Assembly: GCA_951406725.2 (NCBI GenBank)
Contig: OX597814.1
Coordinates: 100,998,001-101,062,000 of the forward strand
Direction: 5' to 3'
DNA length: 64,000 nt
DNA from: Octopus vulgaris
Lineage: Eukaryota
The notes below the pieces were generated by a model that saw nothing but the letters and a program-made list of their open reading frames with translations, did not search any database and was not told the DNA's origin. Position 1 is the first letter of the stretch, and each line of letters starts with the position of its first letter. Positions 1 through 14,447 of the stretch are shown here, one piece after another. A program made the position numbers and the translations under genes.

Positions 1-3000
1 ATCCATTTGACATTTTACATTTGTATCAGCATTGTCATATAAGCATGTATATGTGTAAAATCTTTCCTTTATCCATGAATGAAAAGCCATGAATGGAGTC
101 GGGTATATTTCATACACATTTCTTCGCTATTTCTTATAATGTATTTGCGCATCAGCTCATTTTCTCACTTGCCAAATTATATCCAAGAGAATGTCTGTTA
201 GACGCAGAACAGATGTAACAAATCTGCGTATTTCGTCACTAGATTAATTATGCAAACCGTAACAAGCCTCAACGCTTTCTGGCGTTATAATAGTTGTAAA
301 GGCAATTCGCTAGTGGTTAAAGCAATGTTGACTAGGAATTTGATTAACAAGATAATTAGCAATGAGTAGGCAGTAAACATCTAGACAGGTTTGTACTTGC
401 TGCAGTATTACGAAAACTAGAAAAAGTTAATCACATAATGGTTGAATGCTGTAGTGGAGATGTTGGGGAAGAATATAAGAGGTGTCGACATTTCTCATTC
501 CATCTATCACGTTGCTTTGAGTTATGTTCAACAATTTACTGCTCCTCACAAGTGAAAACGGGTATGGTGTCGTATATACATTTACTAGTGAGTATGACGC
601 GATATCAATCTCCAGTTGTATTATCTAATTACTCTGAGAAAGACATGAAATCCACAGACCTGTCCAAAAGTAGGAGACCTTTGCAACTAGTGAAAAGTAA
701 AGTACTATATTTTCTATTATCCTGATCTAGACAGTAAGGAACGGGGGCCACTTGCTATGAAACAGAGAGTTGTCATTTGTTACTAAAGCTTCCATTACAA
801 GGAGTAACTAAATTACCTTTCATTCGGTCGGTTCAAGTACCATTTATTATCATTAGCTATTATACTTCTCCAGTCATTAGAGTATGGCCATGCTGGAGTA
901 GCACCTTGTAGAGTTAGTCAAGCAACACGATGGCCCCAGTACATATTTTAAGTATAGTGCTTCTTCTATCGGCCTCTCTTGATGAGTAACTAGGTTACAG
1001 CTAAACTAGAACCGGTAGTCAAGTGGTAAAGAAATAGACACAAAGATACACATACACATATAATTATATATATTACGGGGTGGGCAGGTGATCTGGATAT
1101 ATTTACCCCATTTGTCTATAGTAAGAAGCTTTCTCCATGACAAAACACAGTGAATGGCTTGTTTATGAGTTCGAACCTGCCACTGGCATATTCGAACTGC
1201 CAATAACATTGCATTTATACACATCACTGCTTAACGCTTCCACACCGTAATTTAATTACGAAGAGCCGTCGATTTGCACTACCAGCCGACGTATGTTGAC
1301 TGGAATAACATAAGAGAGATTGTCTCTTTTATCAGCTTGCAGATCCATCATACGGTTTCTGTGACTGAAGAGATAACCATTCCAGAATGCTTGCATCTCA
1401 TAGTCTGGATAGATGGCGCTGTGAACTGATTTATATATATTTATACTATTTGTCTACAACGAGAAATTTTCTCCATGACAAAACGCAGTGAATGGCTTGT
1501 TTACAAGTCCGAACGTGTCTCTAGCATATTCGAACTGGTAATAACATTGCAATTACATATATATATATATATATATTGTGTATATGTATGTGTACAATAC
1601 ATCGTGTAATCGTTGACAACTGGAATGAATATTGTAATCGCCTTCAACAATTTTTCTTACTCCAATTTACAAAAGCTGCAGATGTAAATCCATTCAATGA
1701 CCAAATTAAAAGACAAATTTTTTATTGAATATTAGTTTAATAATAACATTGCATTAATTTTGCAAATATACCGCAAATAATATACATTTTTTCAAACTTA
1801 GAAATGAAATAGGTAATGATGATGAGAGCCGACATCTCCTTCGGATCGAACGACAGCTTTTAAATATTACAGTATAGCCAAAATGAAATAAGCAACTACG
1901 ACATGGTACAATATATGAGGTGTCTGAAATCGATGCCAACATGTATCTGATCCAATATTTTCGATCGGGTTAACGGAAATTAATGGCATTAGAACTTGAA
2001 ATATTACCGCCTATGAATATACTCCTCGTGGTTGAGTCTATTCTTCATAAATATGATCTCTGGCCGTAGTCTATAGCATATATCGTCGATAAAGCAGGAA
2101 ACATGATATATTCTATATTCAAGTAGTTTTTCGTTATAACCCAGCAGCTTGTTGATGGTTATAAGGAAGCTGTTATTTCAATTTCACGCTGCCATCAACT
2201 TATTTTGTTGGGATTCTTTGAGAATGGAATTTAAATTTCATAAGAAAACTTTGAGCGCAATAGTAAATATTTTCCTGGCTATCTCTACTTTCATTAGGTT
2301 GAGCAACTATGAGTTGGTGATCAGAAAATGTTATATTAATGTTTGCAAAGTCATTCGTCCACTGCAGTAAAACATTTGTGTTATATAGCATGACATATTA
2401 GAAATGAGAAATACTTCGAAGCTGACTATAGTTTCAAAACATTAAGTCAGTGAAAAAACCTATTTAGTCGTGTTTTGCTGATGACTGAAAGAGATTCGAA
2501 ACAGAAAACATAAAGCTGCATCACTAGTTTGCTGATGTCGGGTTTACTTACAATGTATCACATACCACATGTTTGATGTATTACATTTGAATTAATCAAA
2601 GTAAAAGCAAAAATATGTTAAAAATAAAATTTAAATGTAGAAAGTTGTTATTTTTTTATTCGTTATTTTATTTCATTTTTGTTTCCTTCCAAGTCGGAAG
2701 CTGTAGATTTAAATTCTTTACAGCCGCACGAAGCCATAAAAATGGATGATATTTTTTTTCTTTTCAAAGCAGTGAAACTTCCTCGCTATGCTGTTTCAGA
2801 AATCTGTATTTAGGTTATCAAAGAAATCTTAAATTACTCGCATGTGTACTTTATAGTTCCCTTGAGTAAACTAGGGATTTAAGCGCACGATTAATATTTT
2901 GCAAATGTTAGTACAACTCATTTATTTAATCTTTTGTTGATCAAATATAATACCTCTCTAGTCGATAGAGTTACACCTAGCATGTATACAAAGAAATATG

Positions 3001-5552
3001 GATGTACAATGATGTATAAAAGTGGCCTAACATTAAAGTTACTCGTTTACACCCTTTCCGTTGACAGCATAGGAAATTGAAGCAAATTTGGTTTGAAAAC
3101 AAATTTTAACAACAATAGCAACAAGAAAAAAAGATGTCGACTTCTTGCTTGGGCTCATTATTAGCCTTGAATCCTTATTCACATGTGAACGTCCTAGAAT
3201 AAATAAATACATAAATAAATAAATAAATAAATAAATATTAAATGTTCCTATTTTAGGTTTTGTTAAACATATTATCAAGTGTTTCGAAACATAAAACAAA
3301 ATCGTAAAGAAAATATATGCTAGTGTCGGAATTGAATCAAATATAATGAAACTGCCAAGGGACTATAAGGATTCTAATGTTTTCTCAATCTGCCTTTTAG
3401 TTTTTTGTGTAAAGAAAGGAAGTGAAAGAAGAATAAAAATGTGCAAATTAGCAAATGAAAAAGAACATAGTTATAATACGCTTTCTTGCAGTCAAGCATA
3501 TTAGTAAAGTGTGTGTGTGTACATATATATATTCGTCTGTACATCTATTAGTATGTATATTTGTAATTTACTTATCAACCGAGATATATAGTATTTCACT
3601 ATGTATGTATGAATATAAGTATGTATGTTATTTAGAAACCTTATGGTTTAACTTAATTACTTTCGTTGAAAAATGGAAATAAAGTCGTAAAGTATTCCCT
3701 TTGAGCATTTCCGCCACGTGTGGGCAAATCTTTTGTCAGTTGTAAATCGAGATATAAAGAAGTTTAGATTGGTTGATAAAGAAAAATGACAGAAATGTGT
3801 AAGTGCCTACATGTATGTGTATGCGTGCATATATGAATATATATATATATATATCTGTGTCTGTGTGTTTATATTATGTATGTATGTATAGTTACAAAGT
3901 ATTAGTACTTCTTACAAACATCAAGATAAAAATGAAAACAATATTGCTTCCTGTTGATTATAGTCGATAATTTTCCTGGCAAAGATATTTGTATGAGGCG
4001 TCAACAGTTGTATGTAACATGCATGTAAAGCCCACCGAGGTTGACCTTTCTCGATGAAATTAGCACTAATCAAATACTATAGTCATTGTAATCGACTATT
4101 CTCTTCTCCAGATTATCAGCCCTTGTGCTTATATAGCAAGCTCACCACTACATAATCATGAGAGCACACAATGTATTTGATTATGAATAAGTAGCGTCAT
4201 GATTTAGCACTTCAGAAAGAAAATTTTCTTTTCAAAGTTTTGAAGACTTCTGAATAACATTGACATACATATATGGCGGATTGGCAAAGTTTGAAAATAT
4301 ATGAAAGTCTTAGATTCATGCCACGTATTCTCTTGAAATTATTACAAACGCAACTATTTGTGCGTAGCAGTACTTCCTTCGTTTAACTGACCTACAACAA
4401 CAAAAATCATCCGTTATAATAAATCTTTTACAAATATAGTAATGTTCAGTAATGGCTGCACATATACAAACTTTGTATCTCTCTCTCTTTCTCTCTCTCT
4501 TCCACCCCCTCGTATACTCTCTGTGAATACGTGTGCGTTTATATGTGTACGTGTTAGTGTGGGAAGTTATGTGCGTTGCACCCACTGCAAATATTGGCCT
4601 AAAATAAATAGTTTTTGAACTTGGCTGCTTTCTGTCAATCTTGATATATAGCCACAGACATTCCTGTCTGCTACACATTACAATATCATACAACTAACAC
4701 ATTCTTGCAACTAAATAAACCAGTTAGAGTGAAAATACATTTGTCGCTTTTACAGTCTGACAGTTAGTTATTCTATCTAATTAACCCAGAGTAAATTCAA
4801 AGTAAATTACATTTGTTTTCGCTGATTGCCTGGTGTTAAGAAATAATGTTGTGTCTTTCAGATTTATTTACTGTCTTATTTTCTACAAATACATTTATCT
4901 ACACCTTTGTTTTACTGGATGTACTTACTCTAGGTGACAATCTGTAACAGGAAGATATATGTTTATATGGTTAGAAGTGTGATACATATAATAGGTGAGA
5001 CCTATTCTCAAAGGCTGATGAAACTGTCTGGTCCATTCAACTCACTCGACAATCCCTCATCACCATATAAATATCAACATCGGTTTCTTTTGACTAGACA
5101 GGCCATTTCTTGCTGGAGAATGCGATTTGTGGTGCTGAATTAACACCACGTATTTTACAGACCGTAACACAAGACACAGCACAAATAAGATTGTAGTTCA
5201 AAAAATAGTGAAGTTATTCAAGTTTGTCATTCTCAACCTTTAGTAACTCAACGCTAAACTTGACTAAATGGCATTTTCCTAACTCACCATAACTATATTC
5301 TCTAAATCGAATGTGGAGATTAGTGAAGAATACAAGAACTTACATTGTGAAATTTTATTAGATCCTGGCATGTTATCAGTCATATTTCAGCTTACCGAAA
5401 ACTGTCCTACAACGGTCTCAACGACATTTATTTCTTTTTGTGAAAATGCTCTTAAAATATTAATATTGGAATTTGTTTATATATTTTATTTATAAGAAAG
5501 AGTAAGACTCCTCGAAGCACCACCTTCCGCATCCTAAATCGATCCCTTACCA

Positions 5553-5898
5553 CAGTGGTTCTCAACTGGTGTCCACATGGCCCCTGGATCCATACAAGAT
5601 TTTGGAGGGTCCACACAACAAAAGAATAAATTGGGAATATACAATGATATTTTAAGGGGCCATAGAGAACTTTTGCTTTAGATATATGTATTGGTATGTA
5701 TTGAAAGAAACAGCTCATTTTCTTTCTCTAACATTTTATGTAGTCCAACCTACAGAAGTTAATGTGTAAAAAACAAAATAGGAATTTTGAAAGACGTTTC
5801 TCTGAATCTGTTTAAATAACGAGTGGCTGTGGGGTCCGCCAGGATAAAATATTAATCAAAGGAGTCCATAGATAAAAAGAATCGTTGATAACCCCCAG
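5553..5898. mobile_element. hAT/Charlie-like MITE
   Basis: Ends CAGTGGTTCTCAAC ... GTTGATAACCCCCAG; probable 8-bp TSD CCTTACCA (5545-52) / CCTTAAGA (5899-5906). Confidence 0.65.
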
Positions 5899-6413
5899 CC
5901 TTAAGATTTGCTATCTCCTTCTGAGATCATAGCGCCATCATTGGGACACAACTGCTAGTCTAAGAATCCCTGCAGTACATTGTACATCTACGTACTACTT
6001 AACTCATCAACTACTTCAGAAATTTAAGAGTCACCTATGACGGTCTTACAAAAGCCAAAACATTTACAGAGAGTTGTCTCCCTTACTATTTATTCATTTG
6101 ATATTATTTTCGTTACACAGCATTATTTCCACTTAGCTCTCTGAAACTCATAAGATTACGTATATTTAAAATAAAATAGAAATGATTTTATCTTCTTTCG
6201 GCGCCCTGTTGTTACGTAATAGTCATTTCAAATATTTCCCACAACGTCAGAAACTTGAAAGAGAAGTATAGTGATTAAAAAGATCATAGTACCTTAATAT
6301 TACTTAGTCTAATGACACCCTGAGACGGAAGAAAGCACTGATCTCAGCGACATTTGAGCTCGGGGTTTGAAAGGGCGTAACAATAGAAGGCATATTATAC
6401 TTCACTCTGGTGA

Positions 6414-6742
6414 AGGCGCATGGCTCAGTGGTGAGAGCGTCGGCATCACTATGATGAGGTAGTGAGTTCGATTCTAGGACCGTGATGTGAGTTGTGTTTT
6501 TGAGCAAGACACTTTATTTCACGTTGCTCCAGCCGTAGGAATGAGTTGTGATGTTACTGGTACTAAGCTATATCGGTCTTTACCTTTCCCTTGGATAACA
6601 TTGTTGGCGTGGCGTGGAGGGGGAGAGGATGGTATGCATGGGTGACTGCTGATTTTTTCATATACAACCTTGTCTGCACTTGTGCAATGGAGGGGAATTT
6701 GTTGGTGCAATCCCATGGTCATTCATGGTCGAAGTGGGTCTT
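6414..6742 (+). mobile_element. tRNA-derived SINE family C (V/Meta-like GTG..TTGAGCAAGACACT block)
   Basis: GGCGCATGGCTCAGTGGTGAGAGCG A box, GAGTTCGATTCT B box; homologous to 30418-30748. Confidence 0.8.
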
Positions 6743-7050
6743 TACTATTACACTATATATACTGATACTGCCAATCCACACTTCCAGAGTTATAGAATAA
6801 TCATCCTTTCTACCGTAGGGACAAGGTGTGAAATTTGTTAGGGGCAGCAAGGTGATTTCATAGACTGGTACTTATTTAGTCAACGCCAAAAGAATAAAAG
6901 GCTAAGGCAACTATGGATGTTGTTGTACTCAGAAAATATAGACGGACGAAATGTCGTTAATCCTTTTTCCAGCGTACTGACGATTCTCACAGGTCACTAC
7001 ACTCGTAGAGTAATAATGTCGTATCTTTTATTCCTATTCTACTTGATTTT

Positions 7051-7505
7051 TTAATATAAACAGCCATGTGCAATGTGTTACCAAAAACGAAAACTGTAAT
7101 TGTCGCTAAATATGACTAGGATGTTAGAACACATACATTGCTAGAAATAAGAGCTAAAAATCTCTAATACTCTAGTTAAATCATAATGATATACATAAGT
7201 CCTGATAGGGACTGTAATCGCCAAAGCGTACTGACTGAGAATTAAGTACGGAATCAGCCGAATCGAGCGGTCCCTACTGATGAGGCTATGGAACTACCGA
7301 AACTGACCGACCAGTTTAGGGTATTCTCGGCCGGCGTTTTCAGACGATTAAAGTCCCTGTCAGAACATATCTATGCAATTATGTACCTTCAATACAGCAT
7401 TAAAGCTTTTTAGCTCTTATTTCTAGAAATATAGGTGTTCTAACACCCTGGTCATATTTAGTTTTTCCTTTTTGGTAACACATTTCAGACGGCTGTCAAT
7501 ATTAA
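7051..7505. repeat. Long imperfect inverted repeat (fold-back) enclosing the hammerhead
   Basis: 7051-7242 aligns by eye to the reverse complement of 7323-7505 (shared blocks AATGTGTTACCAAAAA, TAAATATGAC, TGTTAGAACAC, CTAGAAATAAGAGCTAAAAA, AGGGACT-TAATCG, GAGAAT); spacer about 80 nt. Confidence 0.9.
7272..7321 (+). ncRNA. Type-I hammerhead ribozyme (near-canonical)
   Basis: Stem I CCCTA(7272-76)/TAGGG(7317-21); core CTGATGA (7277-83); stem II GGCTA-TGGAAC-TA-CC (one base missing versus copy 2); GAAA (7299-7302); stem III ACTG(A)-CCGA-(C)CAGT; cleavage triplet GTT ending at 7316. Confidence 0.8.
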
Positions 7506-7610
7506 TTTTTCGTATACACATTAACGATTCGCTAAATTATCCATAGATTTTATGATGAATACATATGTACAGCCGGAGAAATAAGTCCAGAATCAGCCGA
7601 ATCGAGCGGT

Positions 7611-7661
7611 CCCTACTCATGAGGCTACGGAATTAGCTAAAATTGGCCGATCAGTATAGTA
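7611..7661 (+). ncRNA. Second, decayed copy of the same hammerhead
   Basis: CCCTA-CTCATGA-GGCTA-CGGAAT-TAGCT-AAAA-TTGG-CCGA-TCAG-TA-TAGTA. The upstream flank GAATCAGCCGAATCGAGCGGTCCCTA is identical to copy 1. Cleavage sites are 340 nt apart. Core mutations G5>C and G12>A predict inactivity. Confidence 0.7.
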
Positions 7662-7703
7662 AATTTCGACCATTGTTTACATGCGATTACAGTCCCAGTA
7701 AAG

Positions 7704-7809
<106 letters not shown>

Positions 7810-8129
7810 GTGGGTGTGTGATAAGAAGCTTTCTTCCCAACCACATGGTTCTGGGTTCAGTTCCACTGCGTGGCACCTTGCGCGAGTGCCTTCTACTATA
7901 GCTTCGGAAGACCGTGGTATATATATATGTGTGTGTGTGTGTGTGCGTGTGTGCGTGTGTTTATGTGCGTCTCTTTGTGTTTCTACCCCACTATCACCGC
8001 TTGACTACTGTTGTTGGTGTGTTTACCTTCCCGTAACTTGGCGTTTCGGCAAAATTTACCGATAGCTCTCCTGTCAAACTATTTTTTCCAACCAGTCGCT
8101 ATGATTTTTTATTCTCTCCCTGTTATATG

Positions 8130-8278
8130 CATGTTTATTTCTTCATATTTCTTTCTATTGAAGAGCGTAGGCTTAAAAGGTAACATACCTTCTCACATTC
8201 CCGAGCGTTAAACTAACACACCTGATTGTTGTTCATACACCTGTCCTCGTCTTTTGTTTTTCTGTAAATTTCAAGAAT
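8130..8278 (+). mobile_element. Decayed copy of the (TA)n-anchored hammerhead-like element
   Basis: CTTTCTATTGAAGAGCGTAGGCTTAAAAGGTA...TTCCCGAGCGTTAAACTAACAC...CGTCTTTTGTTT; homologous to 19731-19890; ends in (TA)n. Confidence 0.65.
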
Positions 8279-8283
8279 ATATA

Positions 8284-8341
<58 letters not shown>

Positions 8342-8379
8342 CAGAGAGAGTGAGAGAGAGAGAGGGAGCGAGAGAGAGT

Positions 8380-8441
<62 letters not shown>

Positions 8442-8444
8442 TAC

Positions 8445-8933
<489 letters not shown>

Positions 8934-8947
8934 GATATCTATATCTA

Positions 8948-9300
<353 letters not shown>

Positions 9301-9829
9301 AGAAAAGTTCTTTCAAAGACAAGAGAGTGCAAGAGGAGGTATGTGTATGTAAATGTGGATATGTGCGTGCGCGAAGGTCTGCGTGTGCATGTGTATATGT
9401 GTGTATGTGTGCAATGATAACACGTGTGTTTGTGTGTGTGTGTGTGTATGTGTGTGTGGTTGTGGCTGTTAATCTTTGCGTGTTGTAGGGCTTAGTATTG
9501 TTTAAGGTCAAGAAAAAAGGAACTGGTTGTGGCTCTTTTTGTCTCTACCCCAGATCAGTAGTAGGTACTGCTAGTTTGAAGGATGTGTGTGTGTGTGTGC
9601 GTGTATGTATATGTATCGTGTGTGTGTTTTGTTTGTAGTGTGTGTGTGTGTGTATGCGTAGAGTTTGGGTGTGTGGCGAATAACTGTGCTTTGCTTAGCG
9701 TATGTATGCGTGCGCGCTTGTACGTGTGTACACATGTATGTATAATTGTGTGCGTGTATGTATAATTGTGTGCCGTGTGTATGGGATGTATGTGTGGGTT
9801 CATTTGTGTGTGTGTATGTATGTGCGTTC

Positions 9830-9930
9830 GTGTCGTATGTGCGTGCGTGTCGTATGTGCGTGCGTGTCGTATGTGCGTGCGTGTCGTATGTGCGTGCGTG
9901 TCGTATGTGCGTGCGTGTCTTATGTGCGTG
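9830..9930. repeat. 17-bp minisatellite (GTGTCGTATGTGCGTGC) x~6 within a ~1-kb degenerate TG-rich tract
   Basis: Units start at 9830, 9847, 9864, 9881, 9898 and 9915. Confidence 0.85.
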
Positions 9931-10347
9931 TAGTTGTGTGTGCGTGTACGTGTGCGTTTGTGTGTGTGTGTAAGCGTATATGCGTGTATATACGTGTATC
10001 CGTGGGGTTGTGAGTGTTGGGTGTGTGCATTCGTGTGCGTGTGTGCGTGCGTATGCGTGCGTGTGTCTGTGTCTGTGTCTATATGTGTATACGTATGTGT
10101 ATGTGTGTGTGCGAGTGTAGGCATATATTGTGTCTATGTATATGTATCGGTGTGTATGTGAATTTAATATATGCGTGTGTGTGGTTTTTTTTAGAGTTGT
10201 GTGGGCGTAATGTGCGTGTGTGTGCTTGTGTGCTTGTGTGCGCTTACCTGCGTGTATGTGCGTGTGTGTCTGTGCCCATGTGTGTATAAGTGTGTGCGTA
10301 TCTGTATAAGTATTGTTTGTTGGAGGTATATGTGGGCATCTGTGCTG

Positions 10348-10398
<51 letters not shown>

Positions 10399-10693
10399 TA
10401 TACTTATGTTTTGAGCTTTGTTGTTCTTATTTTACATCACCAAACCCATACACACGCACTCGCGTGCGGGCACACACACATATACACACACAAAGACATA
10501 AAACCAGCGTGATTAGTAGTGAGTGCCAACACTAGGAGCCAGTATCGCCATACGTACAACAATGTGTGCTTAGCTAGATGAAGCTAATTTAGCTAAGCTC
10601 TTCATGAAAGTAATGTTAAAATAAGATTGAAATACATGTAATTTTCCTCACTAAGAGGCCGCTGAGGAAGCTAGAATATTTAAGTTAATGTTA

Positions 10694-11051
10694 ATATATT
10701 TAATATTACATTTAATGTATTCAATTCCATCAGAACCTGAACATTAATTAGAAATATTTATGATATGAAAAAGTAAGGATATTTATTATCATTTTTCAAC
10801 AGACTATAAAAGACCAAATTGCAACTTCACCATTTCAAATATCGAACCCAGTCCCGAATTATGTAGGATATATATTTAATATTACATTTAATGTATTCAA
10901 TTCCATCAGAACCTGAACATTAATTAGAAATATTTATGATATGAAAAAGTAAGGATATTTATTATCATTTTTCAACAGACTATAAAAGACCAAATTGCAA
11001 CTTCACCATTTCAAATATCGAACCCAGTCCCGAATTATGTAGGATATATAT
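10694..11051. repeat. Perfect 176-bp tandem duplication
   Basis: 10694-10869 is repeated at 10870-11045 with no differences seen; ATATAT microhomology at the junctions. Confidence 0.92.
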
Positions 11052-11248
11052 GCCAGTTAATCAAAATGTATCAAAGGTTAATGAAAAAATGGTTATGTAT
11101 TTCGCATTTCGATCACCTGGCTTACAGAAACTGTATGAAAGCCTGTCGTGTGTGTGTGTATATACATATACATAAACACACACACACATACACGAAGGGC
11201 TTTCATACAGTTTCTGTTAGCCAAAAGTCTGTCATAAGGCATTGGACG

Positions 11249-11311
<63 letters not shown>

Positions 11312-12081
11312 ATTAGGGCTTAGTAAAATAAATTACTTTGCCACATACTGAACTTAGTAGAAATAGCAGCCAAAAAACATTTTCTTAGCATTTCTACTAC
11401 TTAAAGAAAATTTCTCTCAGATAATGTTTACTCCAGACAGCCCACGAAGGTTTGGAGGTAAATACAGAAAAATATCACAAGTACATAGATCGTTTGAGTA
11501 CGTCAACGTTTCAAGATTAGCCAAATAAAATCAGCATTTCTATCGTCAGCACAAATTTTCTTAATTTGGATTTGGAAACACTAAAAAGAAGGAACTTTAC
11601 CTATCAGCGAACTTATCGCTTCAGATGAACCACTCCAACTAACAGTGTCAACAAATTCAAAATGCGCAGGCGTAAATTTCTTCAATCCCCTTCCACCCAC
11701 GTGGTCTATCTAGCAAACATTATATTTTAACCGTAATCTCGGTTTACGAAGTCCTCTGATCACGCGTAAAACGTGCTTTATCTGTATGTAGAAAAGGCAG
11801 GATGTGTGTGCGCGCGCGCGTGTGAATGTAATTTATGCAGGTTCACAAATTAGCACGCATGTTGCTCCAATTTTAGGAGGACATTTGTTACGAACCTAGG
11901 TGTGTTTTCGTTAGCTTATTTTCCCCTGAGGCAGCAGCGAATAGCAATAAAAATAACTTTTCAACCAAGACTTTTAACAATTTTCAAGTCGGAGAAATCA
12001 CCTTTGTTTACAAACAGTAGTTAAGTCCCCTTCGAGCGACGAAAATTTTTTTGTTGTTTTGGCAAAGCCAGGTTATACTCT

Positions 12082-12203
<122 letters not shown>

Positions 12204-12815
12204 TTTGGCGTAACACCACTTGACAACTGGTGTTGCTTTGTTTACGTTCCTATAATTGAGCATTTTAAAAAATGGCATAGGTACTAGGATCTATTTTATT
12301 CCACCTAAATCCTAGAAAGGTGGTGATCCAGCATGGCAACAGTCCAATGACTAAAACTTATAAAAGATAAAAGACCTGTGCAGAAAGGCAGTTCGCATCG
12401 AAATCAGTCGCCTTAGGTTCCGATTCCAATGCAAAGTGTATTCTCTATCAAGCCTCTCTCCACTAAATGGAAATTTGATAGTGAGAAACAGTGGGAAGAG
12501 ACTGTTCTTCTATTTGGTTGCAGACTTGATACACCGTGATTTGTAATATTAACCAGCTTAGATACCTTGAAAACATAAGGATTATAACGCCATCATTTCG
12601 ATAATTTTTTCTTAGTCACATCAAAACCGCTATGAACAACATAGCCTTCGACTTTCCACTTCTGATAAACGTTTGGAAGTTATATGAATAACACAGATAC
12701 TGTTTTTTAAATTTATGCCTTTATTGCTTAAATGTTCTCAGTCGTATTTCCAGCATACGACACAAGCTTTTTTGTATATTAAGATAACACACATACACAC
12801 AAACATATACATATA

Positions 12816-12847
<32 letters not shown>

Positions 12848-12852
12848 TATAC

Positions 12853-12903
<51 letters not shown>

Positions 12904-13025
12904 TGTGTGTGTGCTTGCTAGTGTATTAGATATAATGTTGTATATATTACTAACGCTGTGGGATGTTATAAATATATATACGCATGTGTGCAGGTGTGTA
13001 TGGATTTACGTATGTGTATGTCTGT

Positions 13026-13078
<53 letters not shown>

Positions 13079-14062
13079 CACATACATATACATTCATAAA
13101 TGAATGCCCACATGTAAACATGCGTACAAGCATAGCACACATTCATGTATGTATGTGCGTGTGTGTGTGTGTGTGTATGTGTGTATGTGTGTGTACACTC
13201 ATATATATACACATCTGCACACGGAAATATATTTACAATAATATAGCGGAAATGAATATTTGCAACTCAGTTAAGATATATTTTAAATTAAACATGAATT
13301 TATCACGAAATACTAAATAAACATTCCAGTGAAAAGAAAAAGAAAACAGGAAAAAAAATATACATATTTAAGTAGTAGTAAGTATAATTAACATGACACG
13401 ATATTACAAATGGTGTTCGAAGAATGTAAAGTCTGCTATCTCACAAATTTAAAATGATTTTCATATGTGCCGCAGACCTTCACTAATTTTGCCTGGGGAT
13501 ATTTGGTTGAGTATTTAAATGCGCCCAGGAGAACAAAAAATAACAGAAAATATTTGAACGAATCCCATGACGAAAACTTTTCCGCCATATTAGATTCATT
13601 CTATCTTAACTATTTTTAATTTGCGCTTCTAATCGGATATCTAGCCAAAAATATGAAGCAAAAGAAACAAAGAGCGGTATGAGTGTGAAAGAGCAGCATA
13701 GTAACTGGTGGATGTTTGGTTCGCTTTCAACATTGTTATTTCTGGACATTGCATCTACATATTTACATGAACTTTCTAAGAACAGGTTATATGAAGCAGT
13801 ATTGTTTGTTTTAAATATCAACATAGCCGAGTTACAAACCGAAATAAAGGTATAAAGAGGAAGAAAGAAAATAAATCATCTTTGTCTTTCTCTTTTTTTT
13901 ATCTCACAATTTGCATTCATGCACATATTGTTTATTCACGTATATACCTGGATACATACAAACGTACTTACAGCCAACCATCAGTCATGCACCATAATAT
14001 ATATATTTGATAGGCAAGATACTGAAGTGTTCATGTGAGATAAAAGCTCATAGACCTCCTGT

Positions 14063-14109
<47 letters not shown>

Positions 14110-14292
14110 CTCGGAGGGTGAAAAAAAAATCTCCCTGCAGCGCAGCGAGGAAGTGAGATGCATTTCGGCCTTCTACACATAGTCAACGTCACACGCGCGG
14201 CGCGCACACATATTCTAGCACACGTACACATTGTTTATGTGTGTGTGTTTATGTGTGTGTGTGTTTGTGTGTGTATGTGTGCGTGCCGCATG

Positions 14293-14343
<51 letters not shown>

Positions 14344-14401
14344 TGTATATATGCATATATGTATATACCCATACATATATATGTATGTGTGTGCAGGTGT
14401 A

Positions 14402-14447
<46 letters not shown>

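Noticed and set aside
6414-6490. tRNA gene-like sequences (also at 30418, 38644, ~21400 minus, and SINE A/B heads)
   Set aside because: A/B boxes continue into shared non-tRNA bodies found in multiple copies; these are SINE heads, not tRNA genes.
9830-9930. Short regular repeats suggestive of a CRISPR array
   Set aside because: Head-to-tail minisatellite with no unique spacers, eukaryotic context, and no cas genes.
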